This document shows, in pieces, positions 39,325 through 53,700 of a stretch of DNA of 64,000 nucleotides (positions are counted from its first letter, which is position 1; each line of letters starts with the position of its first letter). The stretch is taken from NCBI GenBank assembly GCA_023213395.1, contig CM041465.1, positions 129,401,741 to 129,465,740 on the forward strand, given 5' to 3'. The DNA is from Cycas panzhihuaensis. Lineage: Eukaryota; Plantae; Cycadophyta. The notes under the pieces are model-generated. The model made no database searches. It was not told the origin of the DNA and was given only the letters and a program-made list of their open reading frames with translations. Both the position numbers and the translations under genes were made by a program.

Positions 39325-39925
39325 TTTATAAAGTGGAACAAATGCTATAAAGATTATTATACATATTATCTTGCTATCTTCTATGAGTTATTAGATGCTA
39401 ATTTCCTCCTTAAGCACTAAGAGTAGTGCTTCTTAAAAGGGCTAAGAATGTAATATATCCTACTATGGTTAAAGGGTATACACCATTATTTTAGTAGCAA
39501 TGATGTATACTTCTATTCTAGTTTGTAATAAAGTGGTGATAGGTTCACATCCCCTATGAAATATGTTATCAATAATTACTTTACAAAAAATGATATGTCA
39601 CAAGAAGGGAGGAAAGAGAGTTTTAAACTAACCAAATTAGGTCTAGAAGGATTGTTAAGTACATAACAAAGCATTGCTTAAGGATTGAGCAGAGAAACAT
39701 AGAATTAAATACCCAAGAGATATCATTGTATATTGCATTATAAGAGTCATCCCTCTATGTATATATCATTTTGTAGAGGCATTACTAATAGTGTTATTTC
39801 TTAACATCATTCGACTATCCTCCTAAATCACATTTTCCTACTTGATGTTGTTTTGGTTGTGTTCATTTATGGGCCATATTTTACTGATTATGCCACCTAG
39901 GTCATATTCTACAAGTATTCCTTAA
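39325..39925 (+). pseudogene. Possible very degraded fragment of an ankyrin-repeat DHHC S-acyltransferase (TIP1/PAT24-like)
   Basis: Short motifs in the expected order across frames: IKWN, KGYTPL, KLTKLGL, ITNSVIS, LFWL, VIFYKYS. Spacing is only roughly consistent. Confidence 0.35.
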
Positions 39926-40439
39926 GAAATAATGTAACATTTTAATGTACAAAATTCTTATCTATGGATTAGAATGGAGGTGTTATAATTATTTAAGAGG
40001 GGGGGTTTTAATTAAGATCTAAACTCACTACAACACAATCAACACATAAAAAGTATAATGGAAGAAACTTAGCATTGATATTAATGTTTATTTATAGCTC
40101 ATGAATTTGGTTATGAGCCCCTCTTTAAAGTCTTGTATCAAATTAGATTTAGGATTATTTTATTGCTATCTAAGTGATGAATCATTGGCAGTTATAACTC
40201 TCATATCACATATGTCTATTAGTTAGGATTTAGATTACTTTTTAGACTTGTATTTATGCATGTAGGGTACATTGTTAAAATTTAATTAGAGATGACTTTA
40301 GCATGAGATAATGTTGTTTATGTAAAATCATTTTTCATAATATTTGATAATTAATCTTACTTTAGTTAGTTCTCTATTACTATTATATTTAATATTTAAC
40401 AATTTATACTTATAGGAGAATATATAAAGAAAATTAAAG

Positions 40440-40927
40440 GCTATGTAGAGAGTAGTGTTTATGGCTGATGAGGATGACTGCAATAAGGTGGTGATTGAAG
40501 GAGACTCACTAAATGAGATCAGGACACTTAGAGAGGATACTGAAGCAAACTAGCATAATGCAGACATGGTGAGGGATACTCAAGAGGCGTCAAGGTCTAA
40601 AGAGGGATCTCAGATTTTCCACATGTACAAAGAGGGTAATACAACAATCGATTGTCTTGCCAATTAGGAAGTCTCAAATAAGAGTACGAGGGTCTGGAAA
40701 GAAAACTTCCCATAGGAGCTTCTAAGCCTGGTTAGAATGGATGTGTTAATGCAAGAAGGGGCAAGCTAGCTACTAAGTTTATTATGGCTTGTATGGTTAA
40801 ATGGGTTAGGATGTTCTAAGTTTAGTTAGGCCATGGGCTTGTCATGGCATCCTACTTTAGCTGAGAGGCAGACTTTGTAAAAGGTTTGGGGCCCTTTTAA
40901 AACCCCTTCTATTTTTTACCAAATCAA
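40440..40927 (+). mobile_element. 5'-truncated LINE 3' fragment (RNase H + 3' UTR; LINE copy 3)
   Basis: KVVIEGDSLNEI...HMYKEGNTTIDCLAN; 3' UTR motifs shared with the other LINE copies. Confidence 0.85.
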
Positions 40928-40978
40928 TATATATATGTATGTATACATATATATATATATAGATATATATATATATGT

Positions 40979-41039
<61 letters not shown>

Positions 41040-41059
41040 TATATATAGATATATATATA
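40928..41059. repeat. (TA)n microsatellite at the LINE tail position
   Basis: Direct. Confidence 0.95.
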
Positions 41060-42561
41060 AAGAAAATTAATACTAATGTAGAAGCATCTAAAAAATGTTA
41101 TTTACTAGAAATGGCATAAGTTAATGCCATGCAATAGAAACTATCAACCATCACATATTAAAATGATTGTCTTAAAAAGTTACACATGCTATAAAATAAT
41201 TTTATTATTTTGCAGATGTTGTAAATCGATTTCAAGCTTGAAATACATTATCTAGTTACCTAAATTTTCACTTTACAATTTTTTTTAATTTTATAAAAAT
41301 TTACAACTATTACTTTTTTTAGTTAGGAGATTATTTTTATATTATTAGAGTTTCTATGGGGGGCATGACACATTTAACTACCCATGGGTTAATTTTTATG
41401 TGATCTTAAGAATCTTAAAGAAATTATAAAAATTAAAAAGTTTTAGATTTGGAGTTTCTTTTGCTCTAAGTTTATTTTTAAATTGTAGGGGATGGTAGTT
41501 AGGCCTTTTTTATGGCTAAATGCTATGAAGTTATATACTTATACATCATAGAAACACTCAATTTTTAGTTTTTTAGAGTTTTTAGAATGGGAAACTAGAA
41601 ATTTACAAAAAGAAGTATTCTTATGAATAGTTGGTTCTATTTTTCTGATATATATTATTCTATGTGCATGCTTATATTTTTGAAGATATTTTCACCTCAT
41701 TATTTAGTATAAAAGCATGGTTTAGCTCTAGGGGGGAAAATAAAAAGAGGTTTATAGCAAACTATTGGTAAGTTTGGTGTTTCTTTTAAAATCTATTTGA
41801 GAATTATTAGAATTAGGTTGACAGTATTTACAGGAAAAGAGTAAATAACTTGAGAGATAAGATGGCTACAAGAGAGAATACACAACTAAATAGTAGCATG
41901 CAAGATTTTTATAGAAGGGTTAAAGAGCTTACAAAGGTGATGTTGAGGCAACAAGAGATCCTTCTACGAAATGGATAAGGTATTAAGAGGCATGATAGTG
42001 ATGTAGAAACAAAAATAGAAATCATAGTGAAGCATGAGAAAAAAGGATGATAATAACCCCTATATTATGAGGAGAGGATATTAGAATGCTTAAAAGAAAA
42101 GAATAGTAGAATAAAGCTTAATATCTTAGAGTATAGGAGTAGTTTGAACACTAAAGACCTAATTGACTAGTTAAACAGTATGGAGAAGTTTTTTAAATGG
42201 AAGGACATGATAGAATAGAAGAAAATGAAACTTGCATGTACCAAATAGAAAGGTCATGCCATGATATGGTGGGATTACCTATAGTAAGAGAGGGTGAGAA
42301 ATAGAAAAGATAAAATTCAAACTTCAAATATTATAATGAACAAGATCAAAGAGAAACTCCTTTTAGTAAACTACTCACAAATGTTGTTTAGGAAATTTTA
42401 GAATTTAAGGCAAAGAGAGATGAGTATCCAAGATTATATTAATAAATTCTATAAATTATCAATTGGGGTGGAGTATAAAGAAATCAAAGAATAGATTAGT
42501 GCTAAGTATATAAATGGTTTAAAAGTATCTATACACGATAAACTTAACATGCTTAGAATTA

Positions 42562-45500
42562 CTCTGAGGTTCTAAGAACTGAAGAAGAGGAGGAATATAA
42601 TTTAATACCTATAATCAAAGATAATAAATTCATATTACAAATACCAAAGAAACTGGTGGAGAAAATGGAGAAATACTAGGAGAATTACCTAGTTGGCAAA
42701 TTCTTCAGACTTAGATCGGGTTTGGAATCCATAAGGAGTTGGGTTAGGATGAGATGGAGGACTATTTGTCCTGTTGAAGTTATAATAATGCCAAAGGGGT
42801 GTGTATTATTCAAGTTCATCTTACTGGAAGATATAACCAATATACTTCTGAAGGCTCCTTAGATGTTAGGGAGAAAAGCCCTAATGTTGGAAAAATGGCA
42901 TAGTGATTTTGACTCATCAATACCTATGGTAAAACAAGTACCAATATGGATCCAACTACCTGGACTCCCACTGTAATTATGGAATATGGAGATTTTGAAG
43001 GGTTTGGTGAAGGTCATCGGTCCCCTTCTAGTGGTTGATTCTGCCACAAGAAATAAAAGCAGGCTAATAAATACTAGGTTTTGTGCCTTGGCTAGAATTG
43101 ACAAACCCCTCCTGGATGAAGTATGGATTGATTTGGAGGATTGGAGCAAGGCGTAGCTAGTGATATATAGGATGGATAACTTTAGCTATTTGGTTTATAG
43201 AAGGATGGTCCACCTGCCACAGAAATGCCCTGGGGGTAGGAAAGAGAAAGAGGCTAATCAAGTAGAGAATGATCCTCTAGAGGATATCTCTCTAAAGAAG
43301 GCAAAGTCCCATGAGTAGGGGAGAGTGGAGATCCCTCTTCGGGAGCATGGGGGCATGGGGCTAGAGTTTGACCCCAATGAGAAGGATACTCTCTATGAGG
43401 AGGGCGAGGGCGAGGAGGTGGCTCAGGCCCCGCCAATGGCAGAGGCAGAGTAGGTAACCGTTAAACAGGTCTTAGAAGGAGAGATTAAGGAGACCCCTCC
43501 TCAGGGGGATTCGAAGGAAGCAGGTTAGAGGAAGACCATAGATGTTGGGTCTAAAAGGAGGGTGGGAAGACCACCAGTGAAGATTTTAAGAGAAAGGGAA
43601 GTAGCAGCTCAGGTTTATCAGGGCAATTGGAAAACTCTAAATGATGGATTCTTGGAAGGGCCCAGGCTTAGATCTAAAACTAAAGGGCAGGATCTAATAA
43701 AAGATATGGAGGTCTCAAAGCAAAAGAAAAAGAGATGAAGCTTATATCATAGAACATTAAGGGGATGAATGCCCCCTCAAAACAGAGGATTTTAAGAGAT
43801 ATGAGGATGAGAGATAAACCTGATATTATCTTCTTACAGGAAACTAAGCCTAATATGGAAAATAGTTTAATAGCTAAGAATAGAATTTGGAAGAAAGTAG
43901 AATGTAAAGTGCTAAATAACAGCCAAGGGGCTAGAGGTTTTATGGTGATGTGGAATCCAGATGAGTGGATAGGGGAGACCTTTAAGGAAAGGGACTCCTA
44001 TATCTCTATGTGTCTCATTAGTAGAAGGAGCAATCTGAAGTAGATAGCTACAAATGTATATGTCCCAAATCTATCAGAGGATAGGAGGAAGCTTTGGGAT
44101 TGTATATTGGAAGACCATGGGGATTGTGTGGCAGCGTGGCTAGTGGCAAGCATTTTAACATGGTCCTTTGCCTGGAGGAGAAGAGAGGGGGCCATGAGGG
44201 ATAGTCAAACAGTATGCACGAGCTGGGGAGTTTCATGTAGAAAGGAGGGTTAGTAGATATCATGCTTAGAGGAGCTTGCTTCATGTGGTCAAATAAGAGA
44301 TTGGGGAACCAACTTATTCAAATTAAGTTAGATAGAGTTATGGTAAATTTTGAGTAGGCTAAGTGCTTTAATAATTTTATTATAAAGGCCTTACTAAAAA
44401 TCAAATCTAACCACTCTCCTCTCTAGTTTGTCTTCTCATATGCAGAGAAGCATACAGGGTCTCTATTTAGATTTGAAATGATGTGGGTTAGATATCTTGA
44501 GTTCAGGCAGAAGGTTGAGGAATAGTGGAAGGTGCCTATCCAAGGCAATGCTATGTATAGATTCTCGAAGAAGTTGGGGATTAGGTCAAAAAACAAGCAA
44601 AGAATTAAAACAAAGAGGTGTTCAGGAATATTCACGATGTCAAGGATCAAAGGATTTGAACAATGTTAATAGTAGAATCTAAGTAAAAGGAAGGACCTAG
44701 GTTCTAGATAAAAGTGAAAGAGACCTTGTTAAGAATCTAGAGGAGTTGTTAATCAGAGAAGAAATTCACTAGAGGTAGAAATCGAAGACCATTTAGCTGG
44801 CAGAAGGAGATAGAAACACCAAATTTTTCCATATGACCACTGTAAAGCATAGAGCTAGCAACAAGATCAGCAAACTCCAAAAGGAAGATGGCTTAGAAGT
44901 AAACAATTAAGAAGAGTTAAAGGATACAACTATTACTTACTTTAGGGATCTATTTACAGAACCACAAGGGGGGAATAAGGAGGCTAGGAAGGACTTCATG
45001 AGGTCTATCCACAGATTCGTCAATGAGAACCAGAATGCCATGTTGGTAGTGCCCTTTACTCAAGAATAAGTAAAGAAAGTAGTCTTTGGTATGAAGAGTC
45101 AGAAAGCACCCGGGCCAGATGGCTTTCCTCCTGGTTTCTTTCAAGAATTTTGGAAATTAATCAAGGAAGATCTTATGGAAGTGATTAAAGAGTTCCAAGC
45201 AAACTAAAAAATCCTTCAAGAATGGCAGTCTACATTACTGGTCTTAATTCCAAAAAAGGAAGGGGCTAAAATACTAGAGGAGTTTTAGCCCATTAGCCTC
45301 TACAATGTGAAATATAAGATCTTAGAGAAGGTACTTACGAACAGACTAAAAAAGATTATTCCTCAAATTATTTCTCGGAATCAGGATGTGTTGGTGCAAG
45401 GTAGACAAATCACAGATGGTATTATTACGATTCATGAAACTCTCCATTCAGCTAATGAAAGAAGGAAGTCTAGTATGATAATAAAGATTGATCTATCAAA

Positions 45501-48101
45501 GGTCTATGATAAAGTCTCTTGGGATTGCCTAATGGAGTGCTTGGAGGCTTTCATATTTGGAGAGAAGTGGAGAGAATGGATGAAGCTCTACATCTCTAAT
45601 CCTTAATACTCTGTTATTATTAATGGTATATCTTCTATATTCCTCTCAAGATTTAGGGGGCTAAGACAAGGAGACCCTATATCCCCCTACTTGTTTATAA
45701 TTTTGGTTGAATTATTGGGTAGGGCTATGGAGAAAGCTAGAAGTCAGGGGCTCATTATAGGACTTAGACCTACTTCTGGTTTGGATAAGATAGTGCACCA
45801 CCAATTTGTAAATGATAACATATTTCTGAGGAAAGAAGCCATAAAGGAGGCCCTTAGGTTTAAAGAGGGATTGAGAAGATTTGAGATGGACATAAACCAT
45901 AAGGTAAAGTTGAATAAAAGTAGTGTTTATTTCTTAAATACCTTGGTTACTATCCAAAGAAGGATAAGTAAAATATTAGAGATGGAGATCTGGAAGCTAC
46001 CCATTATTTACCTAGGGATGCCCTTATTTATTGGGGAGATGACGAGGGATATGTGGGACCCTATTATCAATTAGATGTAGAGGAAGTTAGCTAGTTAGAA
46101 AGGGGCTCTTTTGAGCCAAGCTAGAAAACTTTAATTGGCGGCTACCTCCCTACAAAGTATTCCTGACTATTAGATATCAATTTTCAGATTACTGGCTACG
46201 GTCTTGATAGTGTTGGAATCAATTCAAAAAAGATTTTTATAGTCAGGGGTTGAGGAGAAGGATAGAATCCACTTGGTAAGTTGGAATAAAGTTTGTGCCC
46301 CAAAATGGGTTGGGGGTCTAAATCTGAGAAGAATGCCTCTATTTAACATGACACTAGTGGCAAAGTTAGGATGGTTCTTGACTAAAGGTGGGGAAGGCCT
46401 TTGGGGTAAGATTCTATCCTAAAAGTATCTTCAAGGCTGTTCTTTATTAAATGAGATTATAATTTCCTCTTCTAGGTCAGTGGCCTGGAGGAGTATTCTT
46501 AAGTCCATGAGTTTGTTGAAGGCTAGAGTGAGATGGAAACTGGGTGATGGGAACACTATTAACTTATAATATGATATCTGGTGCAAAGAAAAGAGCCTAA
46601 ATAGTAGACCAGATTTTACCCCCCTTCAAGCCCCATGTGAGAGGAGTTTTGAGGTTCATGTTAAGGACTATTAGACTAGTGAAGGGAGAGAAAGAAGATG
46701 GAGGATCTTCAAGATTTGCTTGGGGGAGATTGGTTCCCAAGAGAGTGTAGAAAATTTTTGTAGGGAACTAAACAAGTTTTACATCCTAAAAACAAAAGTA
46801 GCAGACTCAGTGCTTTGGCCCTCAACCCAATCTGGGGAGTACTCAGTGAAGTAGGGATACCATTTCCTATGTGAAGAAAGAGGAGATCAGAGGAACAAGA
46901 TACTGGAAAGGGTGTGGAAATTAAATCTTACTCCAAAAATAGTTATCTTTTGGTGGATTTGTTTAAAAAATAAGGTGTTAATGATGGACAATCTGATGAA
47001 AAGAGGCTTTCAAATGACAAACAGGTGTGTCCTATACTATAAGGAAGAGGAATCTGTGGACCACATCCTACTCCATTGTTCCTTTTCTAAGGAGGTTTGG
47101 AGGCTAATGTTTGATCTCTTTAAAGTCCAATGGATGTAATTAGAGAATACTATAGACCAATGGATCTCTTGGCAGTGCCCCTATAGAAGTAGAGTTCTAG
47201 GTAGCACCTACAGAATTGCCTATCCATTGGTGGCATGGAATCTATGGAAATAAAGAAATATGAGGCTTTTCTAGAATAAACAGATGGATGTAAATAAAAT
47301 CTTCAATATTATTTATACTGGGATTAGAGAGAACATAAAACTCATAGAGGAGAAATATGTATCAGCAATAGAAGGGATGATCCTAAATAAGTGGGGACTG
47401 AAGCCAGGTATCCAGTCAGGGAAGAGAAGGATATGCTCTTGGATACCCCCGAATAAATAATGGGTAAAAATAATTTTTGATGGGCCATCAAAAGGAAACC
47501 TTGAGGAGGCTGGGGGACAAGAATCTATAGAGATGACAAAGGGAAGGTTATCTGGGCCTTTGTAGAGCATTATAATAAGTAGATGAATCATAGGGTTGAG
47601 ATGGTAGCTATGCTTAGAGCTCTAGAGTTGGCACTTGAGGGAGGACTTAGAAGCGTGGTGTTTGAGGGTGATTAACTCAATGTGATAAAACTTCCAAATA
47701 GTTTAGCTACCCCAGATTGGAGAATGCAAGCTATGGTTAAGGATGCCCACGAAGCGCTAACAAGGTTGGAGAATGTCTAGCTCTACCATACCTACAAGGA
47801 AGGCAATAAAGTGGCTAATAATCTAGCTAACTGAGGAGTGAGGAACAGGAGTTCAAATGTATGAAGGGAGGTTCCCCAAGGAACTTATGAGACTGGTAGA
47901 GGAGGAAAAGATTCATGAGAGCTAGTCATGGGGCTTATCCTAGCATGATCTAGTTGTTGTTGGTGTCTGCTTATTATGTGCATGGTCATGGGCCTGTCAC
48001 GGCCTTAGAGTGATTTGAGTAATGCATTTTTGGATGTACTAGGTTGTGGGATCCTATTTTAAAACCCACGATTTATTTATTTTACCTTACCAAAAGAAAA
48101 T
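42562..48101 (+). mobile_element. Near full-length L1-type LINE with RNase H (LINE copy 2), inserted in Gypsy gag
   Basis: 13-bp TSD ATGCTTAGAATTA at 42549-42561 and 48102-48114. ORF1 DUF4283-like (LVGKFF..VPIWIQLPGLP), EN (PDIIFLQETK), RT (KAPGPDGF; LRQGDPISPYLF), zf-RVT and RNase H. A-rich tail at 48092-48100. Confidence 0.95.
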
Positions 48102-50742
48102 ATGCTTAGAATTAATAACGTTAATAATGCTTACTAATTTACTTTAAAAGCTGAGGAGAAATAGGGTAGAAATCCTACTCAAAAATTATTTGTGTTGAAG
48201 AAGGGACCATTAACTCCATTGAGAGGCTAGGGTGGCTTCAACTACTCCTTTGGAGAATCTTCCAATCAAATAGAAAGGTAGATTGTAACTCAAGGTAAAT
48301 AAGATCGGAGAGATTTCTATAACCAACCAAGAGGCCAAGGTTTCTAAGGAGTCCAAAGAGAAAGAAACTTTGATAGAGTAGGTAACACACATAAGAGGCC
48401 TATTGTTTGTTGTAGATGTAATGGAGAAGACCATAAGGCTTATGAATGTCCTTATTATTTTGACCAATCAAGAAACCAAAGGGAATAACTAAGACTAAAC
48501 TTAGCTCAAGTTAAGGAATAAGAACAACTTATAAAAGTTACATTAGACATTAGGGAGAACTTGATGATTAAAAGAACTTGAGTTCAACTATTAAAAAAAA
48601 CTTTAATTGCTCTAAAATAAAGTCAAGTGCAAGAGAAAGAGAAAGTAAAGGACAATGATGAGTCATAGTTATATAATAATGTCTTTTGAATAAGATGCAC
48701 TTTAGGAGGTAAGATTTGTAAGGTTGTTATTAATAATAGAAGCTATAAAAATATGGTGTCCATTGAAATGGTAGAAAAACAAGGATTGCAATGTGAAAAG
48801 CATCATATACGATATAAAAATTTTTTGATAAAGAAAGGGAGTGAGTTGGTAGTTGAAAAAAAATATCTAATAAAATTTACTACTGGGAAAACATATCATA
48901 ATAAAGTATGGTGCGATGTTCTTGAAATAGATGCATACCATATACTATTAGGAATGCCATGGTAATATGATAAGAATGCCTATCATAATCGGAAAAAGAG
49001 TACTTACATATTTTAGAAAGATGGTGTGAAGGTTGTATTACTACCTATGAAGGAAGAAGGCCAGGTAAAGACTATATTAACTACCAAGGAATTCCTAAGG
49101 GAGGTAAGGGAGACAAGGATTTATTATGCCTTAATGATAAATGAAGTTGAAAACATTGAGGAGATAGAATTAATACTAGAGGAAGTGGATGAACTATTAT
49201 AAGAGTATAATGACATCATGCTTAATATCCACCAAAGAGAGATATCTAATATTGGATCGATTTAATTCCAAGGTATGCGCTACCAAAACAAGCCACATAT
49301 AGATTAAGCCCTAAGGAGAATGAATAATTAAACTAATAGGTTGGTGAATTAATAAAGAAAAGGATGGTAAGAGAAAGCATGAGCCTATGTGCAACTCTTA
49401 CACTTTTAACTCCAAAGAAGGATGGCTCTTGATGAATGTGTATTAATTAAAGTGAAATTAACAAATAATAATCAAGTATAGGTTCCCAATCCCTTGAATG
49501 AATGACATGTTAGATATTTTGATAGCTGCATCCTACTTTATCAAAATTGACTTAAGAAGTGGTTATTATCAAATTCAGATTTAGGAAGGAGATGAGTTAA
49601 AGATGACCTTCAAAATAAGAGATGGGCTATATTAATGTCTAGCCATGTTATTTAGGATATCAAATAATCCAAGTACATTCATGAGCTTAACAAACACCAT
49701 CTTGTGACCATATATTGATAAGTTTATGGTTATCTATTTTTATGATATTTTAATATACAATAGAACTAAGGAGGATCACTAGTTGCACCTAAGGATGGTG
49801 ATACATGCATTAAGAGTAGAGAAACTATATGTAAACTTGAAGAAATATAAGTCCATATTGAGTAGCCTAGTATTTTAGGATATCTTAGGATAACTTATGA
49901 ATAGATGATAAGAAAATTAGAGCCATTATTGAATGGGCTACACCTAAGAATATAATAGAGGTAAGGAGGTTCCATGGTCTAGTTGCATTTTATAGAAACT
50001 TTATTAGAAATTCTAGTGATATCATTACTCCCTTAATAGATTATACTAAGGGAAAGGGGTTGTTTAGTATAAGGTAACAAAGTTGAGCTTCAAGATAATG
50101 AAGCAAAAAGTGATAGAGCCACTCATGTTGATACTACCAAATTTTAAAAAGATATTTAAAGTCGATTATGATGCCTCTCTTATAGTTATTAGGGTTGTGT
50201 TAAGTCAAGAAGAAAGGCCAATAACCTTTTATAGTGAAATGTCAAATGAGATAAGAAAGAAATATTCTACCTATGATATAGAATTACATACAATTGTGTA
50301 GGCTTTAAGGCATTTATGGCACTATCTTATGCCTAAGAAGTTTATTTTATTTATAGACCACCTAGCATTAAGATATAAATACATAAAAGAATTTAAATAC
50401 TAGGTATGTGAAATGGGTATCATATCTATAAGGATTTACTTTTATCCTAAAGCACAAATTAGGAAAATAAAACTAGGTTATTAATGCTTTAAGTGGAAGG
50501 GTAGCACCAATAACCATTATAGTAAGTGAAGTGGTTGGATTTGATGCTTTAAAAGATTTATATTATACTAATCTCAATTTTAGTATAGTTGTGGAATATT
50601 GCAGGAACTCTTTAGCTAATGGGAGTGGACCTAAGTATAATGCTTATTTTATGTAGGATGGGTATTTATTTAAAGGAAAACAACTAGGCATTCCAATTGG
50701 GTCCATGTGAAATAACATCATGGAGGACTTAGAGGGCACTTT

Positions 50743-53700
50743 TGTTGGGATAATGCCCAATGTGTAAAGAATGTGTAGTCATCCTTGGGCCTCCAAATGG
50801 CACCTCGGGCCACCGATAGTCCCCATGCAGCCATCTAGAGCTGACATACAGCCACCAAAGCTGATTAAGGTAAGTTATTTTAATAATTCATTTATTATTT
50901 TATTTATTTTTTAAATTTGCCAGGTTGAGGCATTTACCACCTACCCAAACCTATATATTAATGGGGAATACTTCCCTGGTGTTTCTTAACATCGTCATTC
51001 AATATGCGAAGAATCGTTACCTTCTTATGATGGATTAATACCTTGTAATCTTATCACTTTATCCTCAGCTCCAACATTTAGTATCAGAGCACTTGATCAC
51101 TCATGGCAAGCTTATTTGTTAAAATTTTAGTTTTATACTATAGTTTTAACATTATTTCTTATATAGTTTCTTGGAAAATATTTGATATTTTATACATATA
51201 AGCTTGTTGATCATCATTTCTTCAATTATTTGTTGCAAAAATTATCACATCTGGCATAACAATAGGCTTGTCTGATTATTTTTTAAATTTATTTAATAAA
51301 TTTTATGTTTTTTATCATTCTTCACCATTTTTTCAAAGGTTTTGCAAGGTTATGTGACTTTGACAGGCTGGTGTGACCTCCACATTGCACAAAACTTTAG
51401 TAAATGACTACTCATTTTGATCGTGGCTAAGTCTATTTTGTAATGGAAGAATCTATTCATCATTCCATCCATCCTAAGCAAACAAATCCTTCCTGGAAGC
51501 CCAATCACTCCTTCTACCCACTGAAACCCCCAGTGCACCTCTTACAAACTACTTGTTTCACTTTCATTTCTCATATGATCCTATTATAGTAGGGTAGCAA
51601 GCTAAATAGGGGTATGATTGAGCTATCATTGAGTATTTTTGGGACCTCTTTGAGTCATACAGCCTCCACGTAGTCGTGAGACCTCCCTAGGTGCTTCTAC
51701 TTCATTCTTCATGTGTGATAATCCATTCCATATGAAATTTCAAAGGTGCCTAGCCATCTGGGAAACCTAGCCACCCTTTAATTTTTGTAGCAATTTGTCA
51801 CTCCAGTGAATGGATCAAGCTCAATGAAGATACCACTGTGTGCGTAGGTTTGTGCAAATCTATTTCGATTTTTTTATTTATTTTAATTCACTTTATTTTT
51901 TATAAAGTTTATAAAGTTTTAAAAAATTTAATTAAATTTAATGTTGTTTGAATTTTGGCCACTTAGCCTCCTTCATTGTTAAGCCCCCGATCCTTTTTCA
52001 GTCCATGTGACCTTGATTTTTTATTTTAAAGGGGGCGAACCTCAATTTTTAAAAGGTAAATTTGTTTATTTTTTGGTTTTAAGTATATATATTATATTTG
52101 ATAATATTTGAGATCTAGAACCCCCTTTAAGGTTAGTAGCCAGTCTCGTGGGGCCTGCATGTGACTTGTAGCCTAATTAAAAGGGGCTAATCACATATAT
52201 TTTTTCAAATTTTCATTTTTATTAATACATAAAGATGATTGTTCAATTTTTCTATTATATCTTCACACTAGAAAGTGAGATTTTTATAAAATTGGACTCA
52301 TTGAATTTGTATTTTAGATATTTATAGTCTAGAGTCATCTTTTACTCATTTTGAGTCACTTTTTATAGCATTTAAGTTGGTCAAAGTTGACCTTTATTTA
52401 CTACATTTATTTCACTTACCATAAGAAGGTCTCTTCACGATTACTTTAATATCTTAAGCTCTATAGCTCCAAATCGTAACCTATCTAAACCATCGAAAAG
52501 ATATTTTAGATATCTTTATAATAGAATACTTTTCACTTCATTTTGACTTTATTTTATAGGTTGTTGAAGCTCCTAAAGTTAAGGTTTTAATTTAGTCCTA
52601 CTTAGACATTTTGGTGATATTTTTTGAACCAAAACCTTTTTCAATTGAATATATTTGATTAATATTTATCTTCTAGTTGATTATTAATAATATATTTTTA
52701 TGTTTATTATACTTATAATCTATTTTTGTAGCTCTTTAATATTCTTTAGTTTTTGAAGTAAAAAGACCCCTTATTATGCTCAAAACTAAAATTAGGTACT
52801 TCTTACCTTGGCATTTCATTTCTACTATATTTAAAAGTATCTCTAAGTTATTTTTTTAATTGATTAAGGAGATTTCATTGAATATTAATGCTTGTTTAAG
52901 GCTATTTTACCTTCTTATTTACTTATCAAATGCATTTTATTTTACAAAGACTTCTTTAAAGAGCTCATTCTCATATTACTTATACTTCATCTAAAAGCAT
53001 TTACCAACTATTTTTTATGCACTTGAGCTCTCTTTTCATAACTTGAAGGAATTTTAAATTGCTTAAGACCTCCTCACATTCCTTGAAGTCATTTATGTGC
53101 ATCTTTATATAAAAATTAATATATATTTATTGATACATTCAAGATTTAAGTCCTTCAATTACAATTTACAAGGTTTCTTATGCATTCTTGGTGAAAAGGA
53201 CATAATCATTAAATATTCATTTTTAAAAGGAATTATCTAGTTAAAGGATTCATCTTCTTTTTTTAAAAAAGTCTTTTAAGAATTTGAAAGATTATTGATT
53301 CATTTGTAGATCTCTCATTTGATTTATTTAAAAAGCATTAAAAGTTGCTTCAAGGTTCTTTGTCAAAAAAATATTTACTTATTAAGGCATTCTTATATAA
53401 AAGCATTCAAATTGAAAGAGCATATACATTATTTAGCTTTCATTATTTTAAGCAAGTTTTTTATTTTGTTCAAATAAAAGGAGAAACGATTGTGTATTTG
53501 CACCTACATTTTTTCATTGAAAGCAATATTTGTTTTATTTCAAAGCATTAGTTATTTGAAAGAATATCTAGTCTTACTATTTGAAAGTTTCTTTTGAAGA
53601 ATTAAAAGGAACCCTTATATTCTTAAGTAAGACCACATCTAATTTAAATCATTTTTACATTAATAAAGATAATATCCTAAATTTACCATACTTTTTCTAG

